Positions 27,814 to 48,900 of a DNA stretch of 64,000 nt are shown here, piece by piece. The position numbers were made by a program, and so were the translations under genes. Source of the stretch: the human T2T-CHM13v2.0 reference genome, Homo sapiens; the NCBI RefSeq assembly GCF_009914755.1, contig NC_060937.1. One strand, 5' to 3'. How positions within the stretch are numbered: the first letter of the stretch is position 1; every line of letters begins with the position of its first letter. Below the pieces are notes generated by a model that saw only the letters and a list, made by a program, of their open reading frames with translations, was not told the DNA's origin and searched no databases.

Positions 27814-30095
27814 ATTTGACCCAGCCATCCCATTACTGGGTATATACCCAAAGGATTATAAATCATGCTGCTATGAAGACACATGCACATGTGTGTTTAT
27901 TGCGGCACTATTCACAATAGCAAAGACTTGGAACCAACCGAAATGTCCATCAGTGATAGACTGTATTAAGAAAATGTGGCACATATACACCATGGAATAC
28001 TACGCAGCCATAAAAAAGGATGATTTCATGTCCTTTGTAGGGACATGGATGAAGCTGGAAACCATCATTCTGAGCCAACTATTGCAAAGACAGAAAACCA
28101 AACACTGCATATTCTCACTCGTAGGTGGGAATTGAACAATGAGAACACTTAGACACAGGGTGGGGAACATCACACACTGGGGCCTGTCATGGGGTGGGGG
28201 GAGGGGGGAGAGATAGCATTAGGAGATATACCTAATGTAAATGAGGAGTTAATGGGTGCAGCACACCAACATGGCAAATGTATACATGTGTAAAAAACGT
28301 GCACGTTGTACACATGTACCCAGAACTTAAAGTATAATAATATAAAAAAGCACCTAGAATATTACCTAACTCATAAGTACTCAATAATTGTTAGCTATTC
28401 CTTCAGAAATGTAACTTGCTCAGCTCCAGAAGGCATTTTGGTTGTGAAGTCAGGTATAAAGGAGTGCTCATTTGGAGAAGTGTTTTAACTTTAAATTGCT
28501 CATTTATCTGCTGTACCATGATATCAATCAATGAATGATTAGATATTTATAACATTTCTATTTCTTCTTACACCATCATTTACCCAGTTTTTCTCTCTGT
28601 ATAGTTATGAGGAGTTCAGAGCCTCCCATGTAATTGTACATATCTTCAGATTCATTTAAAGAAGAAAAGGACACATTTGCTAAGAGTGTAAGGGATTTTA
28701 GCCAAAGTAAATGAATGAGAGGGTATTAATTCACAAGGGTTCAAATTCATTTAGGCCTGTCATATCCTACAAAGGAAAATCAGCAACCAGAAAGGGGCAG
28801 TCAGGCATGATATTAAACAGCTGAGCATGTCAAAATAATCACTTCATCGTTATGGAGTTCCATTCAGTACATCCGTGCTTGAGCTGTTGCCATTGTGTGG
28901 GATTTTCACACTTCTTGATAAATTGATCTGTTTTTCCTAATATAATTATCATGAAGTTTTCTCAGGAATGCATATTTAAACTGAATAAGTCCATTGGGTT
29001 ATCATTCTTAGAATATTTGATTTAAACATCAAATACATTTAATTTGTAAAGTAGGTTTCCATATGGGAGGAATGCTATTTTTTACTATCTATTGGCACAT
29101 GATAGAATTGGATGTACTTACTAGAAACCAGCAATTTTCTTCATATTCTTCAATTTCTTCCTGAACTTCTAAATAGAAATAATTAGACAACTAAAAGGTA
29201 AATTCCTCATACGGACACGTGAAAGCCAGTGGTGTTTTTTAAGCTCAGCAATATGTTACCAGAAAAGTTCATTTTCAGGTCATTTAGCAGCCTGACATCA
29301 GTGAGTTGAATAATTCACTAAATTATTAATACAGAACAACTTACTTTAACATTTCCCTTTAGACTTAGTGCAGAAAAAGCATAGAAATAGGAATAAACTT
29401 CTCTTATACAATCAAAAGTGTATAATGGGAGCAGTAAATGGTCAGAAAAGAGATTCATTGTCAGTTTTTATGGGACATGGTTTTATCAAGAGACTTGGAG
29501 GTATTTTGTTGTATTTCAGAAAATTAGGAAGAATATAGACCATACAAGTAACAAATTGCTTCGTAGTAAAATATTTTATTCTGAATATTAAACAAAAGAT
29601 GTGCAGACAGAGATTGAGACAGGTGTATGTATTCAGTCTGTATCATGTTTATGTGTAGGATATGTTTGCTTCAAAATATTTCCTTGCAACTTAGGCATGT
29701 TTATTCATTGTTTATTCTTACTGCATCAATCAAAACTTATCAGGAGTCTAATACCTCACTGACTCTTCTAGTCAAAAGTTTAGTTACCTTAAGTAGATAT
29801 TTGAAGTTGATGAAATGCATTCATGCATTGATCATGAGCTGAACTATGATGTAAGTCATAAAAGGCCTGATTCACTTAAAAACTGACACTGATATTTTTT
29901 AAAAGGGGAAAAAAGCAAATAAAGAATGCACCTGTGCAGAAGTGTACTGTTTACTACTGAGAGTTTAACAACAAAATATTGCAATCTGATTATACACAAA
30001 ATGACTCCAAAATATGTTATAAATACTTGAAGTTAAATATTTGAATAAACACTATTTCCTATATGTTAAAGTAACACTTATTTGCTTTTCCATAT

Positions 30096-30458
30096 TGTAT
30101 TAGCATACTCACGCTACTGATAAAGATATACCTGAGACTGAGTAATTTATAAAGAAAAAGAAGTTTAATGGACTCACAGTTCTACGTGGCTGGGGAGGCC
30201 TCATAATCATGGCAGAAGGTGAAAGCCGTGTCTTACATGGTGGCAGACAAGAGTGAATGAGAGAGAACCAAGTGAAAGGGGTTTCCCTTTATAAAACCAT
30301 CAGATCTGGTGAGACTTATTCACTACCATGAGAACAGTAAAGAGAAAACTGCCCCATGATTCAATTATCTCCCACTGGTTCCCTCCCACAACACATGGGA
30401 ATTATGGGAGCTACAATTCAAGATAAGATTTGGGTGGTGACACAGTTAAACCATATTA
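30096..30458 (-). mobile_element. THE1 (B/C-like) solo LTR
   Basis: TGTATTAG...GGGGAGGCCTCATAATCATGGCAGAAGG...AACCATATTA; 5-bp TSD CATAT at 30091-30095 and 30459-30463. Confidence 0.92.
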
Positions 30459-31529
30459 CATATTTATCTTGATCATTTTTATACTTTAAAAAATTTGTAT
30501 TTTTAGTATTATAAAAGTAAAATATACTCAGTTAGAAGAACTTAAAACTGTAAAAATCATTAGAATATTAAAATGACCTATAATTTTAAAAAATATTAAA
30601 TTAAAAAAATTATTTTTCCCAGTCTTTGTCTAGCTTTTTGTTCAGATTTTTGAAAATTAAGTTAGATTTATACTTATGAACTCATATGCTTTTACTAATG
30701 ATCATAAAGTTTCTAAAATTATAAATGCTTTTAAATACATCATTTCCATGGCTATGTAACACCCTGGTAGAAGAGCATTTCATAATTTAACCATCAGCAA
30801 TATTTATATATTATTGTTAATTTTGTAAACATTTTCATATACAAAATCATCAGTGGAATAAAGAGGATGCTTTTTAAAAGTTTCTTAATATTTATTAGCA
30901 TGTAATTTCAACTAAAGTTTATACAATTTATCTGGCCATATTAGAGAGCTCCATTTCTGTCACATGCTTGCCAACATTATTATTTTTAATTTTTATTGTT
31001 TTCATTTGCATTTCTGTAACTCCTAATGGAATTCAATATTTTTAAAATGTGTATTAGTTATAATTGTTCATTTTCTAAATTTTCTGTTGCTGTAACTATG
31101 TATTCTTTGGGACCATTATACTTTTTATAATTCATTTGAATGAATTATCCCTAGTAATGATATTAACTTTCATTTGCTGTATTTGTAGAACACATATTTT
31201 AAATTTATTTGCCTTTTATTTTGTTAACAGTGTTTCTTAGTTTTAGAAATGTGTCCTTTGTTTAATTACATTCTTGATTTCTTGTATACATAGAAAATCT
31301 TTTCTCATTCCAAAAGCAAAATTATATTCCTCATGTATTTTTTCCTATTTTAAAGTTTTTTTTTATGTTGTACATTTAATCCATCCATTTTTCTAGATTT
31401 AATTGTGGTACATAGTATCAGATAAATATCTAAGAGTTTCTCCTAAATATTGATGGTATTGTCTGAGTATAACTCTTTAACACACTATTTAAATTGCAAC
31501 TCAACTGTGTTGAAATTTAATATTAATAA

Positions 31530-31938
<409 letters not shown>

Positions 31939-32081
31939 TAGATTGTTGAGCCAGCTCCCATCATCATCACTACTACTTATTTTCCTTATTTTTTGTCTTC
32001 CTTTTCTTGTTCTCTTTGTCCTCCTCTTTCTTTTCCCTTTATCTTTCTTCTTTCTCTTTTTTTCTATTTCTTTTCCTGATT

Positions 32082-32373
<292 letters not shown>

Positions 32374-32469
32374 TATTTTTCTTATACTTTAAGTTATTTC
32401 TTTGATACATTTTAAAATTTGCTAATAGCATGGATATCTGACATTATCTTTTTACAAAATAAGTTATGA

Positions 32470-35614
<3,145 letters not shown>

Positions 35615-35677
35615 TATGATGTTAGCTGGTCATTTTGCTTGTTAGTTGATACAGTTTCTTCCTAGCCTTGATGGTCT

Positions 35678-36694
35678 TTACATTTTGGCATGTTTTTGCA
35701 GTGGCTGGTACCGGTTGTTCCTTTCCATGTTTAGTGCTTCCTTCAGGAGCTCTTTTAGGGCAGGCCTGGTGGTGACAAAATCTCTCAGCATTTGCTTGTC
35801 TGTAAAGTATTTTATTTCTCCTTCACTTGTTAAGCTTAGTTTGGCTGGATATGAAATTCTGGGTTGAAAATTCTTTTCTTTAAGAATGTTGAATATTGGC
35901 CCCCACTCTCTTCTGGCTTGTAGAGTTTCTGCTGAGAGATCCACTGTTAGTCTGATGGGCTTCCCTTTGTGGGTAACCCTACCTTTCTCTCTGGCTGCCC
36001 TTAACATTTTTTCCTTCATTTCAGCTTTGGTGAATCTGACAATTATGTGTTTTGGAGTTGCTCTTCTCGAGGAGTATCTTTGTGGCGTTCTCTGTATTTC
36101 CTGAATCTGAATGTTGGCCTGCCTTGCTAGATTGGGGGAGTTCTCCTGGATAATATCCTGCAGAGTGTTTTCCAACTTGGTTCCATTCTCCCCGTCACTT
36201 TCAGGTACACCAATCAGATGTAGATTTGGTCTTTTCACATAGTCTCATATTTCTTGGAGGCTTTGTTCGTTTCTTTTTATTCTTTTTTCTCTAAACTTCC
36301 CTTCTTGCTTCATTTCATTCATTTCGTCTTCCATCACTGATACCCTTTCTTCCAGTTGATCTCATTGGCTCCTGAGGCTTCTGCATTTTTCACATAGTTC
36401 TCGAGCCTTGGCTTTCAACTCCATCAGCTCCTTTAAGGACTTCTCTGCATTAGTTATTCTAGTCATCCATTCGTCTAATTATTTTTCAAAGTTTCTAACT
36501 TCTTTGCCATTGGTTTGAATTTCCTCCTGTAGCTTGGAGTGGTTTGATCATCTGGAGCCTTCTTCTCTCAACTCGTCAAAGTCATTCTCCGTCCAGCTTT
36601 GTTCCGTTGCTGGTGAGGAGCTGTGTTCTTTTGGAGGAGGAGAGGCACTCTGCTTTTTAGAGTTTCCGGTTTTTCTGCTCTGTTTTTTCCCCAT
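35678..36694 (-). pseudogene. L1 ORF1p, full 1017-bp span with internal stop(s)
   Basis: ATGGGGAAAAAACAGAGC start at 36694; C-terminal 186 aa open (KRPNL...LQKHAKM); TGG>TGA near 36245. Confidence 0.93.
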
Positions 36695-36983
36695 CTTTGT
36701 GGTTTTATCTACTTTTGGTCTTTGATGATGGTGATGTACAGATGGGTTTTTGGTGTGGATGTCCTTTCTGTTTGTTAGTTTTCCTTCTAACAGACAGGAC
36801 CCTCAGCTGCAGGTCTGTTGGAGTTTGCTAGAGGTCCACTCCTGACCCTGTTTGCCTGGGTGTCAGCAGCGGTGGCTGCAGAACAGCGGTGGCTGTAGAA
36901 CAGTGGATTTTGGTGACCCGCAAATGCTGCTGCCTGATCATTCCTCTGGAAGTTTTGTCTCAGAGGAGTACCCGGCCGTGTGA

Positions 36984-37325
<342 letters not shown>

Positions 37326-37328
37326 TGA

Positions 37329-39173
<1,845 letters not shown>

Positions 39174-39438
39174 ACAATGAGAACACATGGACACAGGAAG
39201 GGGAACATCACGCTCTGGGGACTGTTATGGGGTTGGGGGAGGGGGAAGGGATAGCATTAGGAGATATACCTAATGTTAAATGACGAGTTAATGGGTGCAG
39301 CACACCAACATGGCAACATGTATACATATGTAACTAACCTGCACGTTGTGCACATGTACCCTAAACTTAAAGTGTAATAATAATAAAAGAAAATTTAAAA
39401 AAATAGTGAAAACATCATGGCAATAATAAACTTAAAAC

Positions 39439-40147
39439 TGTTACTGAAGTGCCAGAGATTTGGTTTAGGTCCTGCTGCTCACTGCATAGAAAGCCAATTA
39501 CTGAGACAATGAGTATTGCCAGGGAAGAAGGCTTTAATTGGGTGCCACTGCTGAGGAGATGGGAGATCAGCCTCAAATCCGTCTCTCTGATGCCCTACAA
39601 TTAGGAGTTTATATAGCAGAGAAGGAATGTAACTAAGCTGTGGGAAAACAGGAATTAGAGAGGGATAAGGAAGAGGAGTTGGTCAACAGGAAGCAGGAGG
39701 TTGGTTTGGGAATTATGACACGTGAAGAGTCTGGCATCTCATTATCTGGATGCAGTGATCTGGCGAGTTTCAGTTCCTTGATACTATTTGGAAGGCATGA
39801 TGGTTTTCCTGAGGAAGAAACTCAGATAAGACAAATGTAAGTTTCAGGCTTTAAGACAAACAGAGGCCGAGCGCGGTGGCTCACGCCTGTAATCCCAGCA
39901 CTTTGGGAGGCTGTGGCAGGCGAAACACTTGAGGTCAGGAGTTTGAGATCAGCCTGGCCAACATGGTGAAACCCCGTCTCTACTAAAAACACAAAAATTA
40001 GCTCGCATGGTGGCACACACCTGTAGTCCCAGATGCTGGGGAAGCTGAGACAGGAGAGTCACTTGAACCCAGGAGATGGAGGTTTCAGTGAACCAAGATC
40101 ATGCCATTGCACTCCAGCCTGGATGACAGAGCAAGATTCTGTCTCAA

Positions 40148-40186
<39 letters not shown>

Positions 40187-40264
40187 AATAACCAAGAGAG
40201 TCAATTTTTATGTTTATCCAAAAAACAGTAAACATCGTTCTATGGACCAATTGGGCCAATTTCA
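39439..40264 (-). mobile_element. ERV1-class solo LTR (LOR1-like), split by an Alu
   Basis: TGTTACTG...TTTCA termini; 4-bp TSD AAAC at 39435-39438 and 40265-40268; family assignment from memory. Confidence 0.75.
39865..40188 (+). mobile_element. AluS (Sx/Sz-like) with (TAAA)n tail
   Basis: GGCCGAGCGCGGTGGCTCACGCC start; CTTGAGGTCAGGAGTTTGAG. Confidence 0.93.
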
Positions 40265-40615
40265 AAACTGTTAAAAATATGATATGTAAATAAATATGCC
40301 ATGTTTCTAAGGAGAATACAGGCAGATGTTTGATTTATTCAGAATATTCCTATATATTGTACTATTTTCTTAGCTCATCATTTTAATTCCATATATAAGG
40401 ATACATGAGTGAAAATCAATGCTTAGTAATGAGCACTGTGTGCAACACTAAATATTCCTTAATGTGGGGAAAAGGAAGAAAGCAATTTGTTATAATTAAG
40501 CAATTGAAGACACCCTTTTTAGACAGATATTTTTTCAGCTCTGTATCTATTTTATGACTGTGCAACATGTCATTTAAGAAAAAATCCCATCTTCAATGGT
40601 CATACTTCACTCAAC

Positions 40616-41330
40616 AGTAACAGAATACACCACCCAATAATATGCCACTTTGACATTAGGATTATTTTTAAGGATTATTTTGAGCTAAACACATTTGGGA
40701 AATAGACAATGCAAAAAAGGGCATTCTAAACCTCCCTTTTCTTCCTAAAATCAGATTAAAAACTCCCTTGTTAAAGATACCTCCTTCCCCCATAAAAGTG
40801 GTCATAGCCAAGAGAATTCTATGCAAACATACTTTGTTAAAATAATTCTCATCTTGTTTTAGCCTCCCCACATAATTTAGTTACTGTTACACAATTGCCT
40901 CTTTTTGTTCAACCTGTTATAAAAACTTTTAGCGCTAGGTGCAATGGATCATGCCTGTAATCTCGGCACTTTGGGAGGTGGAGGTGGGAGAATCCCTTGT
41001 GCCCAGGAGTTCAAGACCAGCCTTGGAAACATAACGAGACCGCCATCTCTAAAAAAAAAAAGAAAGAAAGAAAGAAAGAAAGAAAAGAAAAAAAAAATTA
41101 AATTAGCTGGGCATAGTGGTGTACACTTGTAGTCCCAGCTACAGAGAAGGCTGAGGTGAGAGGATATAGCTTGAGCCCAGGAGGTCGAGGCTGCAGTAAG
41201 CCATGAGCCATGATCGTGCCACTGCATGTTCTCATGAAGGCTCTCATATCACATGAGACTTACATTAAATTTGTATTCTCAGGCCCAGCTGAAAGCTAAG
41301 GAGATAGAGGTACAATTTTGCCTCCTCAAC
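40616..41330 (+). mobile_element. ERV1-class LTR (MER34/MER39-like), split by AluJ
   Basis: AATATGCCACTTTGACATTAGGATTATTTT...GAGCTAA start; ATTAAA polyA-like signal and GCCTCCTCAACA end. Confidence 0.6.
40933..41226 (+). mobile_element. AluJ with expanded (GAAA)n linker, 3' end and tail missing
   Basis: J diagnostics GCCCAGGAGTTCAAGACCAGCC, GAGCCCAGGAGGTCGAGGCTGCAG; ends abruptly at GTGCCACTGCA. Confidence 0.9.
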
Positions 41331-41409
41331 ATCAGCATGTTCGGATTACTGCTATTTTTTTCCAAATCGTATTAACACATAGTCACTATGCTCTGAATTT
41401 TTATTTGCC

Positions 41410-42420
41410 TGTTCATTTATTTACTCATTGTAGCAATATTTATTGAATGTTTCCTATGCACCTAGAATATAGGCTCCACTTTCATTGCACAGTATTTGAT
41501 GGCAGAGGTAGATAAACCAACCACTGGCGACAAATATAGCCATAAGATTACTACCAGTTGTGGTGAGCATTATAGTAGCAATAACAAAGGCAAATGTTTG
41601 TGAGAGAGACAGAGTTATGCAAGTGAGGCTAGGCTACTGTGGATAAGTTTTGGAGGGAAGGCCTCTCTAGCTGACATTTGATTTGTTACCATGAGACACA
41701 CAGGAAGACATCAGATTTCCCTAAGTAGAGACAGAGCCTTGGGAGCTAGAGACAGTTCAACCACAGCCAGTGGACCATGGAAAGGAGTGAGTCTTATTTT
41801 ATTTTAAATGCATTAAAAAGTCATTGCCAGGTTTTAAGGAAAGGAAAGACATTACTTAATAAAAAGATTATCTGATGGCTTTGTGGAAAATGGGTAATAT
41901 GAGGGCAGGATGATTGACTGAGTAATATGATAGTCCAGGTGAGATATGATAATGGCTTGGAATAAGATTATGGCAGTAGAAATGAAGAGGACTTGGAAGA
42001 TTTATGATCCATTTTGAGAAAGTATTGACAGAACAGGTTGATAAGATGAAAGCAGGGAATTAAAGAAATAAGCAAATTGGCATCTTAAATATTTTGCTTG
42101 AGCTATTGTCTGGATGGTTTTGCCATTTACTGAGAAGGGATAGAATGAGAGAGGAATAGACTTGGGTGAGGGTGGAGATTAACAGATTAATTCTAATGCT
42201 TTTGTTATGAGATGTCTAAATAGCCATCCAAGCAGAGATACCAAACAGGTAGTTGGATATTATCTTAATTCAAAGAAATGGGAGAGCTAGAGGTAAGGGG
42301 AAATAAAAAGCCCATAGTGATTTTTTTTTTAAATCTGTGTCATTAACATCACGGAGGTATTCAAAGCTATGTGTTCAGATAGGTGTCCCAGAGGAAGCAG
42401 TAGGTAGATAGTAAGAACTA
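41410..42420 (-). mobile_element. L2 3' region
   Basis: ATTTATTGAATG tail side; GGTTTTAAG, GTCCAGGTGAGATATGA..TGGCTTG, TGCCATTTACTGAGA motifs. Confidence 0.7.
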
Positions 42421-43446
42421 GAATAAAACTTTAATACATTACAAATTCATTTTTCATTAATTCAGCTTATATTTTAAGTTTACATTAAAGCATTCTAATT
42501 TTCCAAATGTCCTGCTGATAATGTGTTATCACATGTATTAACTGTTTTGAAATGATATTACTACCCTTCTAAGCACATGACTATTCTTAGAAAATGGGCT
42601 ATATCGACCTTTGATTCAATTCCACAACTTTGGAGAAAGACTTATATCTGCAGGTACTATGGGTGTAATGTTTTCTGGTATTGAATAATGTGTGATAAAA
42701 CTCCCCAAACTCTATAATAAGTTTATGCATATTAGCCATTGAGAAATTCAGACATGATCATATTCCTGCGGCTCCTCTGTGGGAGCTGGGTTAAAACATA
42801 TGTCAGCCCAAAGTCTCTGCATTCACTGTTCAGTTTCTATGTCACATATTCTTTACACTTAAAGAAATTCCTATGGGCACAAATGTAATAAGATTGCAGC
42901 AACAGCACTTATTTATCCCTTGGTTCAACAGATTCTGGATGCCTGCCCTGTGTGATCAGAAACATCTATGCATAAAGGAGTTAGTACATATGACTGTGTT
43001 GAACACTGATAATCACAAGTCACTTAACACAACACTTTGCTACTTTCAAGAGACACCTCCGCCTTTTACTTTATCTTTCATGATGAAGCAGTGGAGGAGA
43101 TGAAGCAGAGATGTAGTAAATGAAGAAACTGATGCAAAAGAATACTATAGGCCCAGAGTCCCATATTTATTAAAGAGCAAAGCTGTGATTGGAGGGAAAA
43201 AAAGCTTCCAAAGTTTAGTCCATACCTTCTACAGAAATCCAACACTGTGACAGAGAAAACAATGTGCATTCAAAGTATCAAAGTGTGCATTTAAAAGTAT
43301 TGCATATCTCCTAGAAAAAGTTCTAAAATAAGAATTAGTGCATATGGTGTCTAGGCCACTTAGATTAGCTATGTCACTGGAAAAGACACATGACATCCAT
43401 AGACTTCAGGATTTTTTTAAGATCTATTCCCCACAGTAATTCAACT

Positions 43447-44687
<1,241 letters not shown>

Positions 44688-44894
44688 GTAAGAGTTCTTA
44701 TCTTTAAATGAGGATGAAATTGACTTCATTCAAACATTTATTTATTCAGGAAACACTTGACATTGTGCTAGATATAATCCTTATCACCTAAACTAGTATA
44801 GAAGACAAATTGATTAAAATAAGGTGTTATTGGTGTGAAAGACATGTAACCAAGATGTTAATAATAATTCATAGTTGGGACATTTAATCTTGAC

Positions 44895-45900
44895 TCACCC
44901 ATTTGTTGAAAATATTATGGACTGTTTTTTTATGTTCCATGAATTGTGCCAGATGCTGAAAACACAAAAGTGAATAATGAAGGATTTGAAGGATAAGAGT
45001 TAGCTCAGTAAACAGGGAATGATGAGAGGCTGGAACAGAACATATTAGGCAATAAAGGAAGCAAGTTGGAAAGCGATGAGACTGGAAAGGGAGGCAGGAG
45101 TCTGTTTATGAAGGTTCCTCGCTTGCTGTGGTTAAGTAGTAGATACGTAATCCAAAAATCCATAGAGAGCTGGAGAGGGAAGCAGGAAGATGACAGGGTA
45201 AGATCTGTGTTGTAAGCAATCACACTGGCAGCGATGTGAAGACAGGATTAGGGGAGCCATGGCCAGAGGCAGAGGTCATTCATGAGACTGTTATAAGGGA
45301 CTACTGACTTCATCCCTTGAAGGACAATGTGACAATATCCATAACAACAGAAAATGTTCATTCTCTTTAATTCCAGTTCTAGGGGATGATCCCACAAATA
45401 TATTCAAATGTGTGAGAGGTGTTCAGGATTATTTGACATAGCAAAAGACTATTAAAACTGTTTTTCAGTGCTACACTAATGGTTAATTAAATGATGTAAC
45501 ATCTATACCACAGAGATGAAAAATAATATTGTAGATGTATGTATAATGAAACAAAATAATAAAAAAGCTATGTTGTTGAGTGAAAAAAAAAAGCAAAAAG
45601 GATTAGGGAAGGTATATATAATGAGTGGCTGCACAGTTAGCTGAAGAGCATTAACATACAAAGAGTGAGTGAAAGACGAAAATCTAGGCAAGGGGACTTA
45701 AAATAAGTAAGCATAAAAATGGGAAGGAAGTCAAAGGAGAATTAGATACTATTAGTGACATAAAAGTGGGTTTTAAGAAGGAGAAAGTGATAAATGGTGC
45801 CACACACCTCAGAGAGACCAGTCAAAGAGGAGCTGAAAAGTGTCCACAAGATTTAGTAATAGGAGGCCAGTCATAGGTGGCTTTGATAATTGACATCCTA
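44895..45900 (-). mobile_element. Degraded L2 fragments, probably with an intervening old L1 3' fragment (~45300-45630)
   Basis: TGTGCCAGATGCTG..ACACAAAAGTGAATAA, GGTAAGATCTGTGTT, GGAGCTGAAAAGTGTCCA..GATTTAG motifs. Confidence 0.45.
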
Positions 45901-46160
45901 GGTAGTTTTGAGAATTATTCCATTAGAGTTCCTGGCTTTTCATTTTTTCAGCAACATAAGGAAGAGAAGAGCTTCCGAGTCAGGGTAACCTTTACTCACA
46001 GACACATACTACTAGCACAATATGGTATTAACATAAAATAAGTTTATTAATGAAAATGTTCAAATACAGAGCAATAATTCCCTAGGCTCTTATTATCCCA
46101 TAGAAAGAGTTATGCTTGGGTTAGTACAACTGGACTAAGCAACATAAAAAGGACCCAAGG

Positions 46161-46633
<473 letters not shown>

Positions 46634-47689
46634 CTAAAACTCCAGGACATCCACAATCGTCTCTCCAGGTCTACCCCACTATTCCTTGGAAGCTCATTAA
46701 ATAGAATTCTCTCCAGACACTCGATTTGATGTCAAATTGCAGCATTTTCTAATGTGTAGTTCTGGAGCAGAATATTGATAAGGCCATTTGTAGCTTGGTC
46801 AAATAGCCAAACGGGGAGTGACATTTTCAAACTTATAAAGTCATGTTACTACCTACTGTCCAGGGGTGACATGGATGATCTGAGGGGCTGCCATTTCATA
46901 TTCGTAATTGGAATACAGGGAATTATTCCTTAATTCCCTACCTACATCCTGAGGTCAACCGATTTGTGCCCAACCAGTCTTTCATCCTTCCTTGAGAATA
47001 AATCAGACACTCTGCTCTTTATTTGCAGTTATAAATTTCATAAACATTCAGTAGATTGCCAATTTGGCTTCATCAGCACTCACTGCTTGGATGAGCGTGG
47101 TCAAATAACCATCGAAGTGAAAGTAAGTGTCCAACTTTATATTTCTAGATTTGTGCTCCACCCGAACAACATATTTGTCAAAGTAATTTCTCTTAAGTCA
47201 ATTCTGAGTTGTTTTCGGTGGTCCTCATACCACGGTGAAGTTAAGTCAACATTGTTTTAGCAATTATTATTGAGAAGTGATGGTTGCATTTTGTTGTTGT
47301 TATTACTATTCCATTATTATTCTGCACTGGCAGTTATTGTAGACAACTGAAAAACTGAGTATGTGACTAAATTGTTTTATCTGTTTCTATAATCGTTATT
47401 CAATCTGGCTCAATAATAAAAGAGCACACCATGGAGATGAACACATCTGATGGCATGCTATATCTGTCCACTATGATGATAACATGCTAACAGCCAATGG
47501 CATTGAGTAGAACTTCGGGCTATAGTCCCTGATCTGCACTTTACGTGGTACTCTTGATTGTACAGCACATCATCCTAAGGTCTAATTAGGGTTGTACTGC
47601 AAAGAGCACGCTCACGTGGACAACCCGTATGTGTAACATAAATATTGAATTTATGATTGAGTCATCGTAGTTGTTTTCATGAGAGGGCT

Positions 47690-48900
47690 TTCTTTTAATA
47701 CTAGTTATTTTTGTGGTGTATAGTTGTATCTAGCTGTAGTTGTAATGTGCATTTCCCTGGTAACTAATGTGTACCTTAGTAATTTCAATATTTTCTTTTG
47801 TAAAGTGTTAGTTTAATGTTGTTTTTTAGCCTTATTTTCTTTTTCATTAAAAAGCCTAAACATTATTTAACATTTGGCCATTTTTATTTATCTTGGCAGT
47901 ACTGACTTCAGGTTTATTTTGTGAACAGAGAACATATTCTCCATGATTTTAATAATTCAGAATTTTTGAGATTTGCTTTATGGTGTAAAATATAATCTAC
48001 CTTGGTAAATGTTCAAATGTCCATCTAAAAGAATGTGTGTCATGCACTTATTTGCACAGTTTCAAAGATGACAAATTAAGCCAAATTGGCAAATTGTACA
48101 TTCTGTCATTAGTGATATTTTATATGTTTTTTCTAATTAGAAAGTTATCGTAAATTATTCAGCTATGATTATGCATTTGTCTAAGTTTACATTTACTTTT
48201 TTCAACTTCTGTCTTTTATATTTTGAAGATGTATTATTTGTTGTATGCACATTTAGGATTACTTTATGTTTTTGTTAAACTGCCCCTTTTATCGTTGTAA
48301 AGAGGCCAGTTTATTCTTGTAATATTTTTGCCTTAAAGTCGGCTTTGACTGGTATTGACATAGTAATTTTCCTTGCTTAATGTTTGCTTGGTATATGTTT
48401 TGTCATCATTTACTTTTATGTGTCTTATGTTCTTATATCTGATGTTTGTCTGTGTAATAAAATCAGCATTTTTTTTTTTTTTTTACTAGTGTGACAATCT
48501 TTGCCTTTTAATTATTTGGTTCACTTCGATTTTTTAAATCTACTGTTTTGTTTGGTTTAAAGTCTATCATCTTTCTATTTGTTTTTTACTTGTTTCATCT
48601 GCTCTTTTATTTCTTATTTATCGTTTCTTGGCTTTTATTGCACTAAATTATTTTTATAATTGATTTTGTTCTTTAAAATTGACTTTTCAGTTACACATGT
48701 TTATTCATTTTGTAGTTAAATTTGTTTTCAATGTACCTTCTTGATTTGTTGTAGCCTATTTTAAGATAGCACTTTTATTACTTCCCAAACAATCCAAGAA
48801 ACTTTCTACTACTTAACTTTACTTTCTTATCCCTTCAGCCTTTTGTGCTATTTTGTCATATATTTTATTTCTACATATGTTATAAACCCTACAGGGGAAG
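47690..48900 (-). mobile_element. Ancient L1 (L1MC/ME-type) ORF2 5' region, degraded
   Basis: T-rich; TTGAGATTTGCTTTATGG...CTTGGTAAATGTTC, CACATTTAGGATT, TTTTTGCCTTAAAGTC motifs. Confidence 0.7.

Larger units (their letters stand above)
27004..28348 (+). mobile_element. L1PA (about PA5-like) 5'-truncated 3' fragment, split by LTR12
   Basis: Peptides [16 protein letters not shown] and [18 protein letters not shown]...; G-rich 3'UTR and CTTAAAGTATAATAA tail; MIR 3' end resumes afterwards. Confidence 0.93.

Noticed and set aside
47060-47100. FGFISTHCLDE resembling a hAT transposase motif
   Set aside because: No upstream DxW motif, terminal inverted repeats or further similarity visible
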